Assembly (NCBI GenBank): GCA_964624765.1
Contig: CAZUZO010000002.1
Coordinates: 15,495-79,494, forward strand
Source: an uncultured Thiotrichales bacterium
Lineage (GTDB): Bacteria; Pseudomonadota; Gammaproteobacteria; HK1
Reading direction: 5' to 3'
DNA length: 64,000 bases
The position numbers and the translations under genes are program-made. The notes beneath the pieces are model-generated. The model was not told where the DNA came from. It saw nothing but the letters and a program-made list of their open reading frames with translations, and did not search any database. Shown here in pieces: positions 1 to 9,800 of the stretch; position 1 is the first letter of the stretch, and each line of letters opens with the position of its first letter.

Positions 1-1687
1 CTTCTAGAAGAATCCACACCGCAAAGCCAAGGATGCACGCGCCGAGGATGAACAGCAACCACTGGGGATCGTTCGCACCGAGGCCGGACCAATCGAAGAC
101 AACCTGTTGCACCATCGCCCAGATCGTCATACAAAGCAGAAAGATCATCGGCACTAAGGTTGGCAGCGGGTTGCGCCCTTGCCGCCATAGCCATAGCGAC
201 ACGAGGGTCAGCGTGATGCCGGCGAGCAATTGGTTGGAGGTGCCAAATAATGGCCACAGCAGATAACCGCCCGATCCCATGCCGCGGCCACCGTCTGGCA
301 GCAACACCAGTAGAGCCACCAGCGCTACCGCCAGTCCCGAGGCGATGTGGCGGTTTGTCAGCCAGGTCACCCGATACTCCATACCGAGCTCACCGATGAT
401 GTAGCGCAGCAGGCGCAATGCCGTGTCCAGGGTGGTGGCGGCGAAGCTGACGATGATTACCGCTACGATAGTGCGCGCGATATCCGCGGGAATGCCCAAG
501 GCGGTGGCCAGCTGGCCGGCACCTTTGACAAACACGCCCACGCCGCGTGCTCCCGCCTCGGCGAAGCTCGAGTACGTGCCGAGAAACTCGGCCTGGGTGA
601 CGAAGAAGGTGGCTACCGCGCAGACTACGATCAGCGCCAACAAGCCCTCGCCGATGGCCCCCAAATACCCCACCAGGCGTGCGTCGGTTTCCTTGTTCAG
701 CTGTTTAGACGACGTGCCCGAGGCGACGAGCCCGTGGAATCCGGAGATCGCCCCGCAGGCGATGGTGATGAACAGCAGCGGAAACCATGACACCGTCGAC
801 TCGCTGTTATACGCCGGTGCCGATACCTGTGGATTGAGCAGGAACAGCCCTCCGTACAGGATCAGCAGGCCGACGATCAGTTGCTGTGCGTTGATGTAGT
901 CGCGCGGCTGCAGCAGCATCCACACCGGCAGCGTGCTGGCAAAGAATACATAGATCAGCAGGATGCTGATCCACGTTAGGAATGCCATCGACACCGCATC
1001 GAGCCCGAAAGCGGTGATGGCGCCCTCTCCACCAAAGTATCGGACCAGGTCGATCTGCAGAATCTCTACCCGGCTAGCGGCAACGGCGGCTCCGTACATC
1101 ACCGCCAATGCGATCAGCGCCGGCACCAGCATCCTGCCTTTGTTTTTGAGCACCGCGAAACCGATCCAGATCGCTAGCGGAATCTGAATGAATACGGAAA
1201 CCACCGAAGCGGGTTCGTTGATGAACAAATTCGCGATCACCCAGGCAAACACGGCATTCACCATCAACAGCAGGATCAGGATGATGAACAGGAACAGGAT
1301 TTTTGCCTGCTTGCCGATCAAGCGATCGCACAGTGTACCGATAGACTGACCCTTGTTGCGGGTAGAGAGTACCAGCGCGCCAAAGTCATGGACCCCTGCC
1401 GCGAATACTGTACCCAGAACGACCCATAGCAACGCCGGTCCCCAGCCCCAATAGAGTGCGATGGCCGGACCCACGATCGGCGCTGCGCCGGCGACCGAAG
1501 TGAAATGATGCCCCCACAGCACCCATTTGTGGGTGGGGACGAAATCGATGCCATCCTTGAACTGGTGCGCGGGAGTGAGGAAATTGGCATCCAGCCGATA
1601 GATGCGCTGGGCCAGGAACTTGGAATAATAGCGAAAGCCGAGCGCGTAAATGATCACGCCAAACAACGCTAACCAGATCCCGTTCAT
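1..1687 (-). CDS. cstA: carbon starvation protein CstA (C-terminal end runs off the left edge)
   Basis: Absent from the ORF track because it has no stop in the window. Manual translation from ATG at 1687 gives MNGIWLALFGVIIYALGFRYYSKFLAQRIYRLDANFLTPAHQFKDGIDFVPTHKWVLWGHHFTSVAGAAPIVGPAIA..., the conserved CstA N-terminus. The same frame still reads ...ILGACILGFAVWILLE at positions 2-100. Confidence 0.85.
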   Translation of the reverse strand, partial: MNGIWLALFGVIIYALGFRYYSKFLAQRIYRLDANFLTPAHQFKDGIDFVPTHKWVLWGHHFTSVAGAAPIVGPAIALYWGWGPALLWVVLGTVFAAGVHDFGALVLSTRNKGQSIGTLCDRLIGKQAKILFLFIILILLLMVNAVFAWVIANLFINEPASVVSVFIQIPLAIWIGFAVLKNKGRMLVPALIALAVMYGAAVAASRVEILQIDLVRYFGGEGAITAFGLDAVSMAFLTWISILLIYVFFASTLPVWMLLQPRDYINAQQLIVGLLILYGGLFLLNPQVSAPAYNSESTVSWFPLLFITIACGAISGFHGLVASGTSSKQLNKETDARLVGYLGAIGEGLLALIVVCAVATFFVTQAEFLGTYSSFAEAGARGVGVFVKGAGQLATALGIPADIARTIVAVIIVSFAATTLDTALRLLRYIIGELGMEYRVTWLTNRHIASGLAVALVALLVLLPDGGRGMGSGGYLLWPLFGTSNQLLAGITLTLVSLWLWRQGRNPLPTLVPMIFLLCMTIWAMVQQVVFDWSGLGANDPQWLLFILGACILGFAVWILLE

Positions 1688-1735
1688 AGGATCGCCTCTT
1701 GTCCAGGCCGTGGCGCGGTCTGACTCGCTGACACG

Positions 1736-2335
1736 TCATGGGCCCGCGAGCTTGGCGGCGATGCCTGCGACATGCTTGCCTTGATAGCGGGCCAGGGCCA
1801 GTTCCCTGGTGCTCGGTTGCCGCGAGCCGTCGGCACCGGCGATGGTTCCAGCACCGTAAGGCGATCCCCCTTTTAGCTCCGAGATGTCGGCCAACTCCGG
1901 GCAGGCATAGGGTAAGCCGACGATGACCATGCCGTGGTGGGCGAGGGTGTGCCAGAATGAGGTGATGGTCGTCTCGTTCCCGCCTCCGGTACCCGTAGAG
2001 GTAAAGACGCTGCCAACCTTGCCGACCAGTGCACCCTTCAGCCACATTCCTCCTGTCTGATCGAGGAAGTTGCGCATCTGGGAGGCCATATTCCCAAAAC
2101 GCGTTGGCGTGCCGAAAATAATGGCGTTGTAGTCGCCAAGCTCCGCCGGTGAGGCGATGGGCGCCGACTGCTGCAGCTTGAAACCCTGGCGCTTGGCGAT
2201 GTCTTCCGGCACCAGTTCAGGAACGCGCTTGATGTCCGCCTGCGCCCCGGCCTCCCGCGCCCCTGCAGCCACCGCCTGCGCTAATGTTTCGACGTGGCCG
2301 TAGCTCGAATAGTAAAGGATTAGCACCTTGGGCAT
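1736..2335 (-). CDS. wrbA: NAD(P)H:quinone oxidoreductase WrbA (flavodoxin-like)
   Basis: Track ORF is 1736..2548. The conserved sequence starts at the internal ATG 2335 ([22 protein letters not shown]...[28 protein letters not shown]). The 71 upstream codons look like a spurious extension. Confidence 0.9.
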   Translation of the reverse strand: MPKVLILYYSSYGHVETLAQAVAAGAREAGAQADIKRVPELVPEDIAKRQGFKLQQSAPIASPAELGDYNAIIFGTPTRFGNMASQMRNFLDQTGGMWLKGALVGKVGSVFTSTGTGGGNETTITSFWHTLAHHGMVIVGLPYACPELADISELKGGSPYGAGTIAGADGSRQPSTRELALARYQGKHVAGIAAKLAGP

Positions 2336-2358
2336 CTCAACTGACCTCGCTTGGTGGT

Positions 2359-2607
2359 TTATGTGGCTGCTGCGCGAGCCCAAGTGGGCTTGATGCGCAT
2401 GCTCACTTGATCGGTGGTACGAGTTCTGGCGGCGACCTCGGAGTGCTCGATCGCGTTGTCGAACGGGGATAAACCGCTTATCTGCCGGGTCGGCTGGTAA
2501 TGCCAGCATAGGTCCATGGACACCAGTATCTCGTTCTCGTGCCCCCACTTCGCGCTACCGAACGAATGCACGTAGACAAATCCGTTGCTCGAGATAGGTC
2601 GCTGCAT
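2359..2607 (-). CDS. hypothetical small protein (82 aa), weakly supported
   Basis: ORF between the DUF427 gene and wrbA on the same strand. No family recognised. Confidence 0.3.
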   Translation of the reverse strand: MQRPISSNGFVYVHSFGSAKWGHENEILVSMDLCWHYQPTRQISGLSPFDNAIEHSEVAARTRTTDQVSMRIKPTWARAAAT

Positions 2608-2643
2608 CGAATCAGACGCGACGCGCGGGGCGGCGGTTATCGT

Positions 2644-2925
2644 CTAGGTGGTGATTTCAACACCCTTCCAAAATGCGATATATCCGCGAATCTGTTTCGC
2701 GGCGTCTTTCGGCTGCGGGTAGTACCACGCGGCGTCGCGGTTGATCTTGCCGGCCACGTTGAGTGTGTAGTAGCTTGCCTGACCTTTCCAAGGACACACG
2801 CTGGTGTGTTCACTCGTTTGCAGGCACGCCGTTTTCACGCTCGCCGGCGGAAAGTAGTGATTGCCTTCGACCACGATGGTCGCGTCTGACTCGGCGATTA
2901 TCACACCGTTCCAGATTGCCTTCAT
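2644..2925 (-). CDS. DUF427 domain protein
   Basis: MKAIWNGVIIAESDATIVVEGNHYFPP...CPWKGQASYY...AAWYYPQPKDAAKQIRGYIAFWKGV matches the DUF427 family pattern. The ATG overlaps the egtB stop (ATGA at 2922-2925). Confidence 0.85.
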   Translation of the reverse strand: MKAIWNGVIIAESDATIVVEGNHYFPPASVKTACLQTSEHTSVCPWKGQASYYTLNVAGKINRDAAWYYPQPKDAAKQIRGYIAFWKGVEITT

Positions 2926-4241
2926 GATGGCCTCTCAATATCGCGTGCCAGCCGCAAGCCGGAAAACTGCCAGCGCGTTTCGGGTGGGAAGAAGTTGCGG
3001 TAGCTCGCACGGATGTGACTCGCGGGCGTGGCGCACGACCCACCGCGCAATACATATTGTCCGCACATGAACTTGCTGTTGTATTCGCCGACCGCGCCTT
3101 CGGTGGCACGAAAACCGGGATACGGACCGTAATCGCTGCGCGTCCATTCCCAGACGTCGCCGAATGCCTGAGCCAGCTCACCTTCGGGCGGTGCTTGGCG
3201 TAGCGTGAGTGGGTGCAGTGCGCCGCTGTCGAGGAAGTTGCCGCTGCGCGGTGCGCTCCTTACCGCAACTTCCCACTCGGCCTCGGTCGGCAGGCGCGCA
3301 TTGGCCCAGCGCGCGAAAGCGTCGGCCTCATAGAAACTGACGTGGCAGATCGGAGTGTCCGGATTCACCGGCACTTCGCCGTGCAGCGTAAACGTGAACC
3401 ACTGTCCATCACGCTGCGTCCCGCTTTTCTGCCAGTAGAGCGGTGCTTGCCAGCCCTGCGCACACACGGCATCCCAGCCCGCCGACAACCACAGTTCCGG
3501 CCGGCGATAACCGCCGTCACCGATGAATTCGATGAAGTCGCGGTGTGTCACCGGGTGCGATGCGATTTCGAACGCTGCGAGCCAGACGCGGTGGCGCGGC
3601 AGCTCGTTATCGAAGCAAAAGCCCGCGCCATCGTGTCCGATATCGACGAGCCCGCCGTTGAAGCCGACCCAGCGCGGCTCATGGGCGCGGGCTGGTGTCG
3701 ATGGCGGCTGTCGTGGGTATGCTGCGGGCTTCTGCGGATTGCGCGATAGCATGTGTTTCAGGTCGGTGAGGATCAGTTCCTGGTGCTGTTGCTCGTGGTG
3801 CAGCCCGAGCTCGATCAGGCCCACGATCTCGGGCCGCGGCTGGTTGTACGCGAGCATATCGAGCATCGCCTCGTCGACGTGCCGGCGATACGCTAGCACT
3901 TCCTCCAGGCTCGGGCGTGACAGCATGCCGCGCTCGGGCCGCGGATGTTTATCGCCGACACCGTTGTAGTACGAGTTGAAAAGCACGCGGAATGCCCGAT
4001 CAAATGTGCGGTAACCGGGCTGGTACGGTGCGAGTATGAACGTTTCGAAGAACCACGTCGTGTGCGCGAGATGCCACTTCACGGGGCTAGCATCGGGCAT
4101 CGATTGGATCGCGCAGTCCTCCGCCGACAGCGGCGCTACGAGCGCGCGTGTCATCTCGCGCACCACGTGGTAGCGGGCCTCGCGCTGCGAACGAAGTTCC
4201 GGATGCGAGGGCCTTGTTATAAAGTCGGGAGCCGGTTTCAT
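2922..4241 (-). CDS. egtB: EgtB-like sulfoxide synthase (DinB-like N-domain + FGE-sulfatase/SUMF1 C-domain)
   Basis: Track ORF is 2922..4253. GGAGG precedes the internal ATG at 4241 (MKPAPDF...). Motifs SPVKWHLAHTTWFFETF and GDVWEWTRSDY...VLRGGS are typical of ergothioneine biosynthesis EgtB. Confidence 0.8.
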   Translation of the reverse strand: MKPAPDFITRPSHPELRSQREARYHVVREMTRALVAPLSAEDCAIQSMPDASPVKWHLAHTTWFFETFILAPYQPGYRTFDRAFRVLFNSYYNGVGDKHPRPERGMLSRPSLEEVLAYRRHVDEAMLDMLAYNQPRPEIVGLIELGLHHEQQHQELILTDLKHMLSRNPQKPAAYPRQPPSTPARAHEPRWVGFNGGLVDIGHDGAGFCFDNELPRHRVWLAAFEIASHPVTHRDFIEFIGDGGYRRPELWLSAGWDAVCAQGWQAPLYWQKSGTQRDGQWFTFTLHGEVPVNPDTPICHVSFYEADAFARWANARLPTEAEWEVAVRSAPRSGNFLDSGALHPLTLRQAPPEGELAQAFGDVWEWTRSDYGPYPGFRATEGAVGEYNSKFMCGQYVLRGGSCATPASHIRASYRNFFPPETRWQFSGLRLARDIERPS

Positions 4242-4376
4242 CGATACCTCCACGCGTGCGGGTTGTTCGAGCGGGGCATCCTCGCTTCAACACACGGGGC
4301 ACAACGGGCCCACTGCGGCAGCGCGGCACTTTTTTAAAGTACAGGTTTTCATGCGTCGAGCGCGACAACACGGTTG

Positions 4377-4760
4377 TTATTCAGCGCTTATGCCAGCGTC
4401 GGTTGCTGCGCAACGATGGTCTCCCTCATCGCCGTGTACGACACAGGGTAGCTTGCCTGTCATCGCGATCTGCACCGGCGACGTGATCTGGCTGCCTTCG
4501 ATGCCGAACACCGTGCCGCCAAGGATCTGCTGGGCCTTGCGCTCGACGATCACTTCCATGGGTCGGCGCGATGAATCCATGCCCAGTCCACGCGCAAAGC
4601 CTTGTACGCTGCTGCGCGACATGGAATTCGCGCCCGCCCCGGCGGATAGGAGAACGCACGTTTTTCACCGCAGCCGACTGTATCGGACGAGGCGTGAGTG
4701 GTCAACCGTGCCGACAGCGATCTACGGTAAATCTGGCGTTGGTCATCGTTTCGGCAGCTG
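4377..4760 (-). pseudogene. remnant of the C-terminal third of a class-I pyridine nucleotide-disulfide oxidoreductase
   Basis: Minus-strand translation in shifting frames gives ARFTVDRCRHG*, LTTHASSDTVGCGE, VLLSAGAGANSMSRSSVQGFARGLGMD, PMEVIVERKAQQILGGTVFGIEGSQITSPVQIAMTGKLP and YTAMRETIVAQQPTLA*ALNN. This follows the order of FAD-site and dimerisation-domain motifs, but is broken by frameshifts, stops and a deletion. The N-terminal two thirds are missing. Confidence 0.45.
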
Positions 4761-4869
4761 GATGACCTTTGCCCTGGGGCCAGCCGAATCCCTTGGCGCA
4801 AGGGATTCGGCTGCCGAAGGCTTGGGGACCGACGGAGTGCTCCAGGGCAACTCTGACGAAATGATGACC
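4741..4869. repeat. type-3 palindromic element (complete copy)
   Basis: Termini GGTCATCGTTTCGGCAG (4741-4757) and CTGACGAAATGATGACC (4853-4869) are inverted repeats (15/17). Inside, GCCCTGG (4771-4777) pairs with CCAGGGC (4842-4848), and there is a perfect 15-bp hairpin CAGCCGAATCCCTTG-GCG-CAAGGGATTCGGCTG (4781-4813). Confidence 0.7.
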
Positions 4870-5018
4870 ATGGCTCTCGGTCGACGTTGCCGCAAATGTT
4901 TGGCGTGACGAAACGATGAGCTTGACGGCGTCCACGCGGGGTCGGGTGACGGTCCGACTAGAAGGATTTCTGTCTCCAGCCGATAAGAGCAGGAGAGAGC
5001 TTTGGTAGGGAAGTCATC

Positions 5019-5261
5019 ATGGGAAATATGAAGACATACCGATGTTGGGCTGCAAGCTTGGGTATGAGCCTCAAACAGGCCACGACGGTCGCGGCGCAAA
5101 ATTCCACGTGGGCAGCGTATGAATATGCCGGCAAACTTCTCGAAGCGGGCAAGAATTTTGACTCGGTCGAGGTGTTCGTGTTGTCGGAACAGGGTCTCGT
5201 TAGGCGGTTCCACCTCAGCGGTGGGAAAGATGACGAGACCCTGTGTGCGCAGCGAAGGTAG
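5019..5261 (+). CDS. hypothetical small protein (80 aa)
   Basis: ORF with AGGGAAG a few nt upstream of the ATG, in a lower-GC patch. No homolog recognised. Confidence 0.3.
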   Translation: MGNMKTYRCWAASLGMSLKQATTVAAQNSTWAAYEYAGKLLEAGKNFDSVEVFVLSEQGLVRRFHLSGGKDDETLCAQRR

Positions 5262-5269
5262 GGAGTGAT

Positions 5270-5334
5270 GAAAATTTAGTGCGCCACCGTGTGCCTTGCT
5301 CTGCCGGCGCTCGTGACATCTTTAAAACAGCTTC
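5270..5334 (-). repeat. type-1 element fragment (core arm plus terminus only, reverse orientation)
   Basis: CACCGTGTGCCTTGCTCTGCCGGCGCTCGTGACATCTTTAAAACAGCTTC is the reverse complement of the type-1 left end (GAAGCTGTTTTAAA..GTCACGAGCGCCGGCAGAGCAAGGC). Confidence 0.7.
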
Positions 5335-5852
5335 GCAAGGGTACGGCGTTGGGCCTGCCCGCGGGGATATCTTGGGTCATGGACAGCGGATCGGTGGCTG
5401 GCCACGCCCGGATTGCCTACCCCGAACCCCTGCCGCTGCCCATGGCGAGTTTAGGTCTCCCGTCCCAGGGAGCTCAGTCGATGCAGTGACATTAAGGGCC
5501 TCATCTTAGCACTCATGATCGGGGTGGCACTTTGCTCCCTGCTGGTCAGGGTGCCGAACGATCGGCTGCTTCGCTAGCGTAGACTGAAGTCCCCAGCGGG
5601 CTATGACCATTGGCCGCCGCCATCGTTGCTTCGAATTTCCTCTTCGGAACCCCCCAACCCGCGCCCAAGTCTGTGTCGCCGAACCCCTGGCGGCAAGGTT
5701 CCTCTGCGCGAGGTAGAATCGTTACCGAATCGCGTACGCGAATGAAGTGCACGGTAACCCCAAGGCAAAAGACCTCGAGTGCCGAACAGAGGCCTTGGCT
5801 CCATCATCCGGGATTGCCCGCGCTGCCTTCCTTGTAACCCTGGAAATCCACC

Positions 5853-6869
5853 ATGTGCCGATATGCTTGGCTTTTCATCATGCTGCTCTGGCCCCTCATG
5901 CAGCTCCAGGCGACCGCGCCGGTTCCCATCGTTGTCCAATCGCTGGGCGAGGTGGGGATGCCTGGGAACGGCACGGCACCGGCGAGTGTGATGGCCGCTA
6001 ACGACACCCGGATCGCCGCGGAAATCACGGCACCGGTGGCGCGCATCCATGTCGAGGTGGGCGATACGGTGAAGGCCAGGCAGTTGCTATTGGAACTTGA
6101 CGCTGCAGATTTCCGGCTGCTGCTGGCGCAAGCCGAGGCTCAGGTTTCCGCAGCCCAAGCGCGGGTGGCGTTGGCGGAACAGCGATTACGGCGTGGGCAA
6201 AGCCTGAAACAGCGCCAGTTCGCGGCCGCTGATGAAGTGTTGGAGCTGGAAACCGAAGTGCAGGCTGCCCGCGCCGACCTCGAGGTAGCGCGGGCGCAAC
6301 GGGCCGTGGCGGCGCGCAACGTGGAGAAATGTCGTATCGTGGCGCCTTTTGCGGGTGCGGTGCTGGAACGGCAGGCTCAGGTGGGTGCGATGGCGATGCC
6401 GGGGGTGATCCTGCTGCGACTGGTGGACTTGGCGCCGCCGGAGATCGAGGCGCAGGTGCAAGCGATTCAAGCCGATGACCTGCTGCAGGCTCAGGACGTC
6501 ATGTTCGAAAGTCAGGGCCGACGCTACCCGGTGCGATTGTTGCGACTTTCACCTATCGTGGAAACGGTGGCACGCACACGGGTCGCACGATTCAGCTTCA
6601 CTGCGGCTGGGCCCCCGGCAGGTACCAGCGGGACGCTGCGCTGGCGGACGCCCGCCCTGCTGCTGCCGCCGGAGCTACTGGTAAGACGCAACCAGGGCTT
6701 GGGGGCGTTCGTGGTAGAGAATGGGCGCGCCCGCTTCGTATCGGTGCCCGCCGCCCAGGAGGGGCGGCCGTTCGCCTTAGCATTACCGCCGGAAACGCCC
6801 ATCGTCGTGGGTGGCCAACAAGGATTGTACGACGGCCAGCCGGTGACGATTAGCGACGGAGCGTCCTGA
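5853..6869 (+). CDS. efflux RND transporter periplasmic adaptor subunit
   Basis: 338 aa with a signal-like N-terminus. It has the coiled-coil hairpin (LLLAQAEAQVSAAQARVALAEQRL...) and barrel segments typical of HlyD_D23-type adaptors. Its stop lies 1 nt before the pump ATG. Confidence 0.85.
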   Translation: MCRYAWLFIMLLWPLMQLQATAPVPIVVQSLGEVGMPGNGTAPASVMAANDTRIAAEITAPVARIHVEVGDTVKARQLLLELDAADFRLLLAQAEAQVSAAQARVALAEQRLRRGQSLKQRQFAAADEVLELETEVQAARADLEVARAQRAVAARNVEKCRIVAPFAGAVLERQAQVGAMAMPGVILLRLVDLAPPEIEAQVQAIQADDLLQAQDVMFESQGRRYPVRLLRLSPIVETVARTRVARFSFTAAGPPAGTSGTLRWRTPALLLPPELLVRRNQGLGAFVVENGRARFVSVPAAQEGRPFALALPPETPIVVGGQQGLYDGQPVTISDGAS

Positions 6870-6870
6870 C

Positions 6871-9800
6871 ATGCGCCTACTACGGGCGTTTGTCACCAAT
6901 CACCCACTGGCCAATATTGCCTTCTTGGTGGTGATTCTGATGGGCGTGCTGGCCTACACGCGCATGCCCAGGGAGCAGGATCCCGAGATCAACTTTAACT
7001 GGGTGAACATCTCCACCACCTTGCCGGGGGCCTCCGCCGAAGATGTGGAGAGGCGCGTCACCAATCCTTTGGAAGACGCGATCCGCAAGGTGCAGGACGT
7101 CAAATTCGTGGTCAGTTCCTCGCGTGAGAGCGTCTCGAACATCCTAGTACGGTTTCGCGACATCTCGCCTCGGATGCTGGACAAGCGGGTCAACGACCTG
7201 CGTCGTGAGATCCAGAACAAGGCCAACGCCGAATTGCCCGTGGAGGCGTTGGATCCGGAAATCCTCGAGATCACGACCTCCAACGGATTTCCCACTGCGA
7301 TGGTGGTGTTGGCTGGGCAAGCCGACGATGAACCGCTGCGCTTCGCTGCGCGCACGGTGAAGGAAGACCTGGAGCAGATCGCCGGCGTGGATCAGGTGCA
7401 AGCCCTGGGTTTCCGGGAACCGGAGCTCAGGGTGGAATTTGCGCCGGCGGCGCTGGCTGCGCGGGGGCTGACGGCGGTGGATTTGGCTGAAACGCTGGGG
7501 CTGTGGTTTCGCGACGTGTTTGCCGGCAAGGTGAAGACCGCCCACGGTGAATGGCTGGTGCGAGTGAGCGGCACCAGCGCTGATCCGGAGCTGTTGGCGA
7601 GCTTCTATGTGCAGCCGCCGGGTGCAGCGGGCATGCGGGTGCCTTTAGACGCCGTGGCGCGGGTGCGGCGTGGTAGTGAAGAGCCACGCCAGCTAGCCGC
7701 CATGGATGGGCGGCCGGCGGTGCTGTTTTCGGTCACCAAGGTGGGTTACACCAACACCCTCGAACTGGTCGGCCGCATTCGCGACTACATCGACCGTAAG
7801 AACGCGGTGTTAGCAGGCAGTGGCCTCAAGCTGATCCTGGCCGACGACCAGACCGTGGCCACCCGCGAGGCGCTCGACATCATGCAGAATAACGCCGCCA
7901 TCGGCTTGCTCCTGGTGTTGGCTACCTGCTGGCTATTCCTCGGGGCGCGCATCGCCATCCTGGTTGCGCTCGGTGTGGTGTTTTCCGTCACGGGAACCTT
8001 CGTGTTGCTGGAGGCGGTCGGATTTACCCTCAACGTCTCGGTGCTACTGGGCATCGTCATCGTGCTCGGGATGTTGGTGGATGACGCCGTGGTGGTGGTG
8101 GAAGCGACCTATTTTCGCATGCAGCGCGGTATGGCAGCCTTGACCGCCGCCCTGGATGCGCTGCGCGAAGTGGGTCTGCCGGTGTTGGCGGCGGTGACCA
8201 CCACTATGGCGGCCTTTCTGCCGCTGATGCTGCTGCCAGGCATCGTCGGCCAGTTCATGTTCGTCATCCCCTTCGTGGTCACGGTGGGTTTGGCGGTCAG
8301 CTTGATCGAGGCGTTTTGGATCTTGCCGGCGCACATCAACGCTCTCGGAGGCCGCGCCATCGGTCGCTCGCGCACCCAAACGCTGCGTGAGCAATGGACC
8401 CACCGGTTACGGATCGAGTATACGCGCCTGTTGATCCATGTGATGCGTTATCCTCGGGCCTACCTTGGGCTGGCCTTCGCCTTGTTCCTCGGGGCGGTCA
8501 CCGCGGTGGGTTTGGGAGGGGTAAAACTCCAGTTCTTCGCCTTCGACCCGATCCGGTTGTACTACGTGCACGTGGACCTTCCCCCCGACACGCCGCTGGA
8601 GGACACGTTGCGGCAAACACTGGCGGTGGAGGAGCGGGTGCGGGCTGGGTTGCGTGAGGGTGAGGCGCGCTCGGTGGTGTCGCTGGCCGGCGCCAAGTTC
8701 ACTGAGACGGAACCGCTGTACGGCGATCAGTATGGGCAGATCGCGGTCTCGCTCAATCCAGCGGTGGGGGACGCACGAGGGTTGGATGAGATCATCGAGG
8801 GGATGCGGGCGTCCGTTATTCAAACGCCGGGGCAAGCGACCATTTCTTTTCTGAAGCTCTCCGGCGGTCCGCCCACCGCCAAGCCTATCAGCGTCAAGGT
8901 GCGTGCCGACGACCGCGAGGAATTGCGTGCTGCCGCCGATGTGGTGAAGAGCCTGGTGGCGCGCATTCCCGGTGCCCGTGACGTGGTGGATAACGACACC
9001 CCAGGGCGCGCCGAGCTAAGCCTACGGGTGGACGTGACCGCCGCACGCAACGCGGGACTGGATCCCGGCCTGGTCGCCCGCTTGGTGCGGCTGCATGTAG
9101 ACGGCGAGGTGGTGGCCGATCTGCGGGATCGGGGAGAGAAGGTGGAACTGCGGGTTCTCGGCACGCCGCGCAGCGTGACACGAATTCGTGAGGTGCTTGA
9201 CGATCCCCTTGCGTTGCCCGGTGGTGGTGTCACTGCGCTTGGGGCGTTGCTGGTGGCCGAAGATCGCGAGAGTCTCGGTTTGATTCGGCACTGGAATTTG
9301 CGCCGGTCCATCACCGTGGAGGCCGATCTCGACAAGAGTCAGACCGATACGCTGGCGGCGAATGATCAGTTGCGTGCGCAATGGGAGGAGATTCGGGCAC
9401 GCTATCCGGGCACCGATCTGGATTTTTCCGGCGAACTCGATGATATCAATGAATCGCTGGAGGCCATGGGACCGTTGTTCCTGTTGGGCGTGGGACTGAT
9501 TTACCTGATCTTGGCCGGGCAGTTCCGTAGCTATTTTCAACCTCTGCTGATCCTCGTGACCGTGCCGTTGGCCTTCACCGGCGTGACTCTGGGCTTGCTG
9601 GTATCGGGTAACCCGTTGTCGCTCTATACCCTGTACGGGGTGATCGCGCTGACCGGCATTGCGGTCAACGCCGCCATCGTGCTGATCAGCGCCGCCAATG
9701 CGCGTCTCGCCGCCGGCATGAGCACGCTGCATGCCACGCTCTATGCGGCGCGTCGACGCGTGATCGCCATCCTGATGACCACCGGCACCACCATCGCGGG

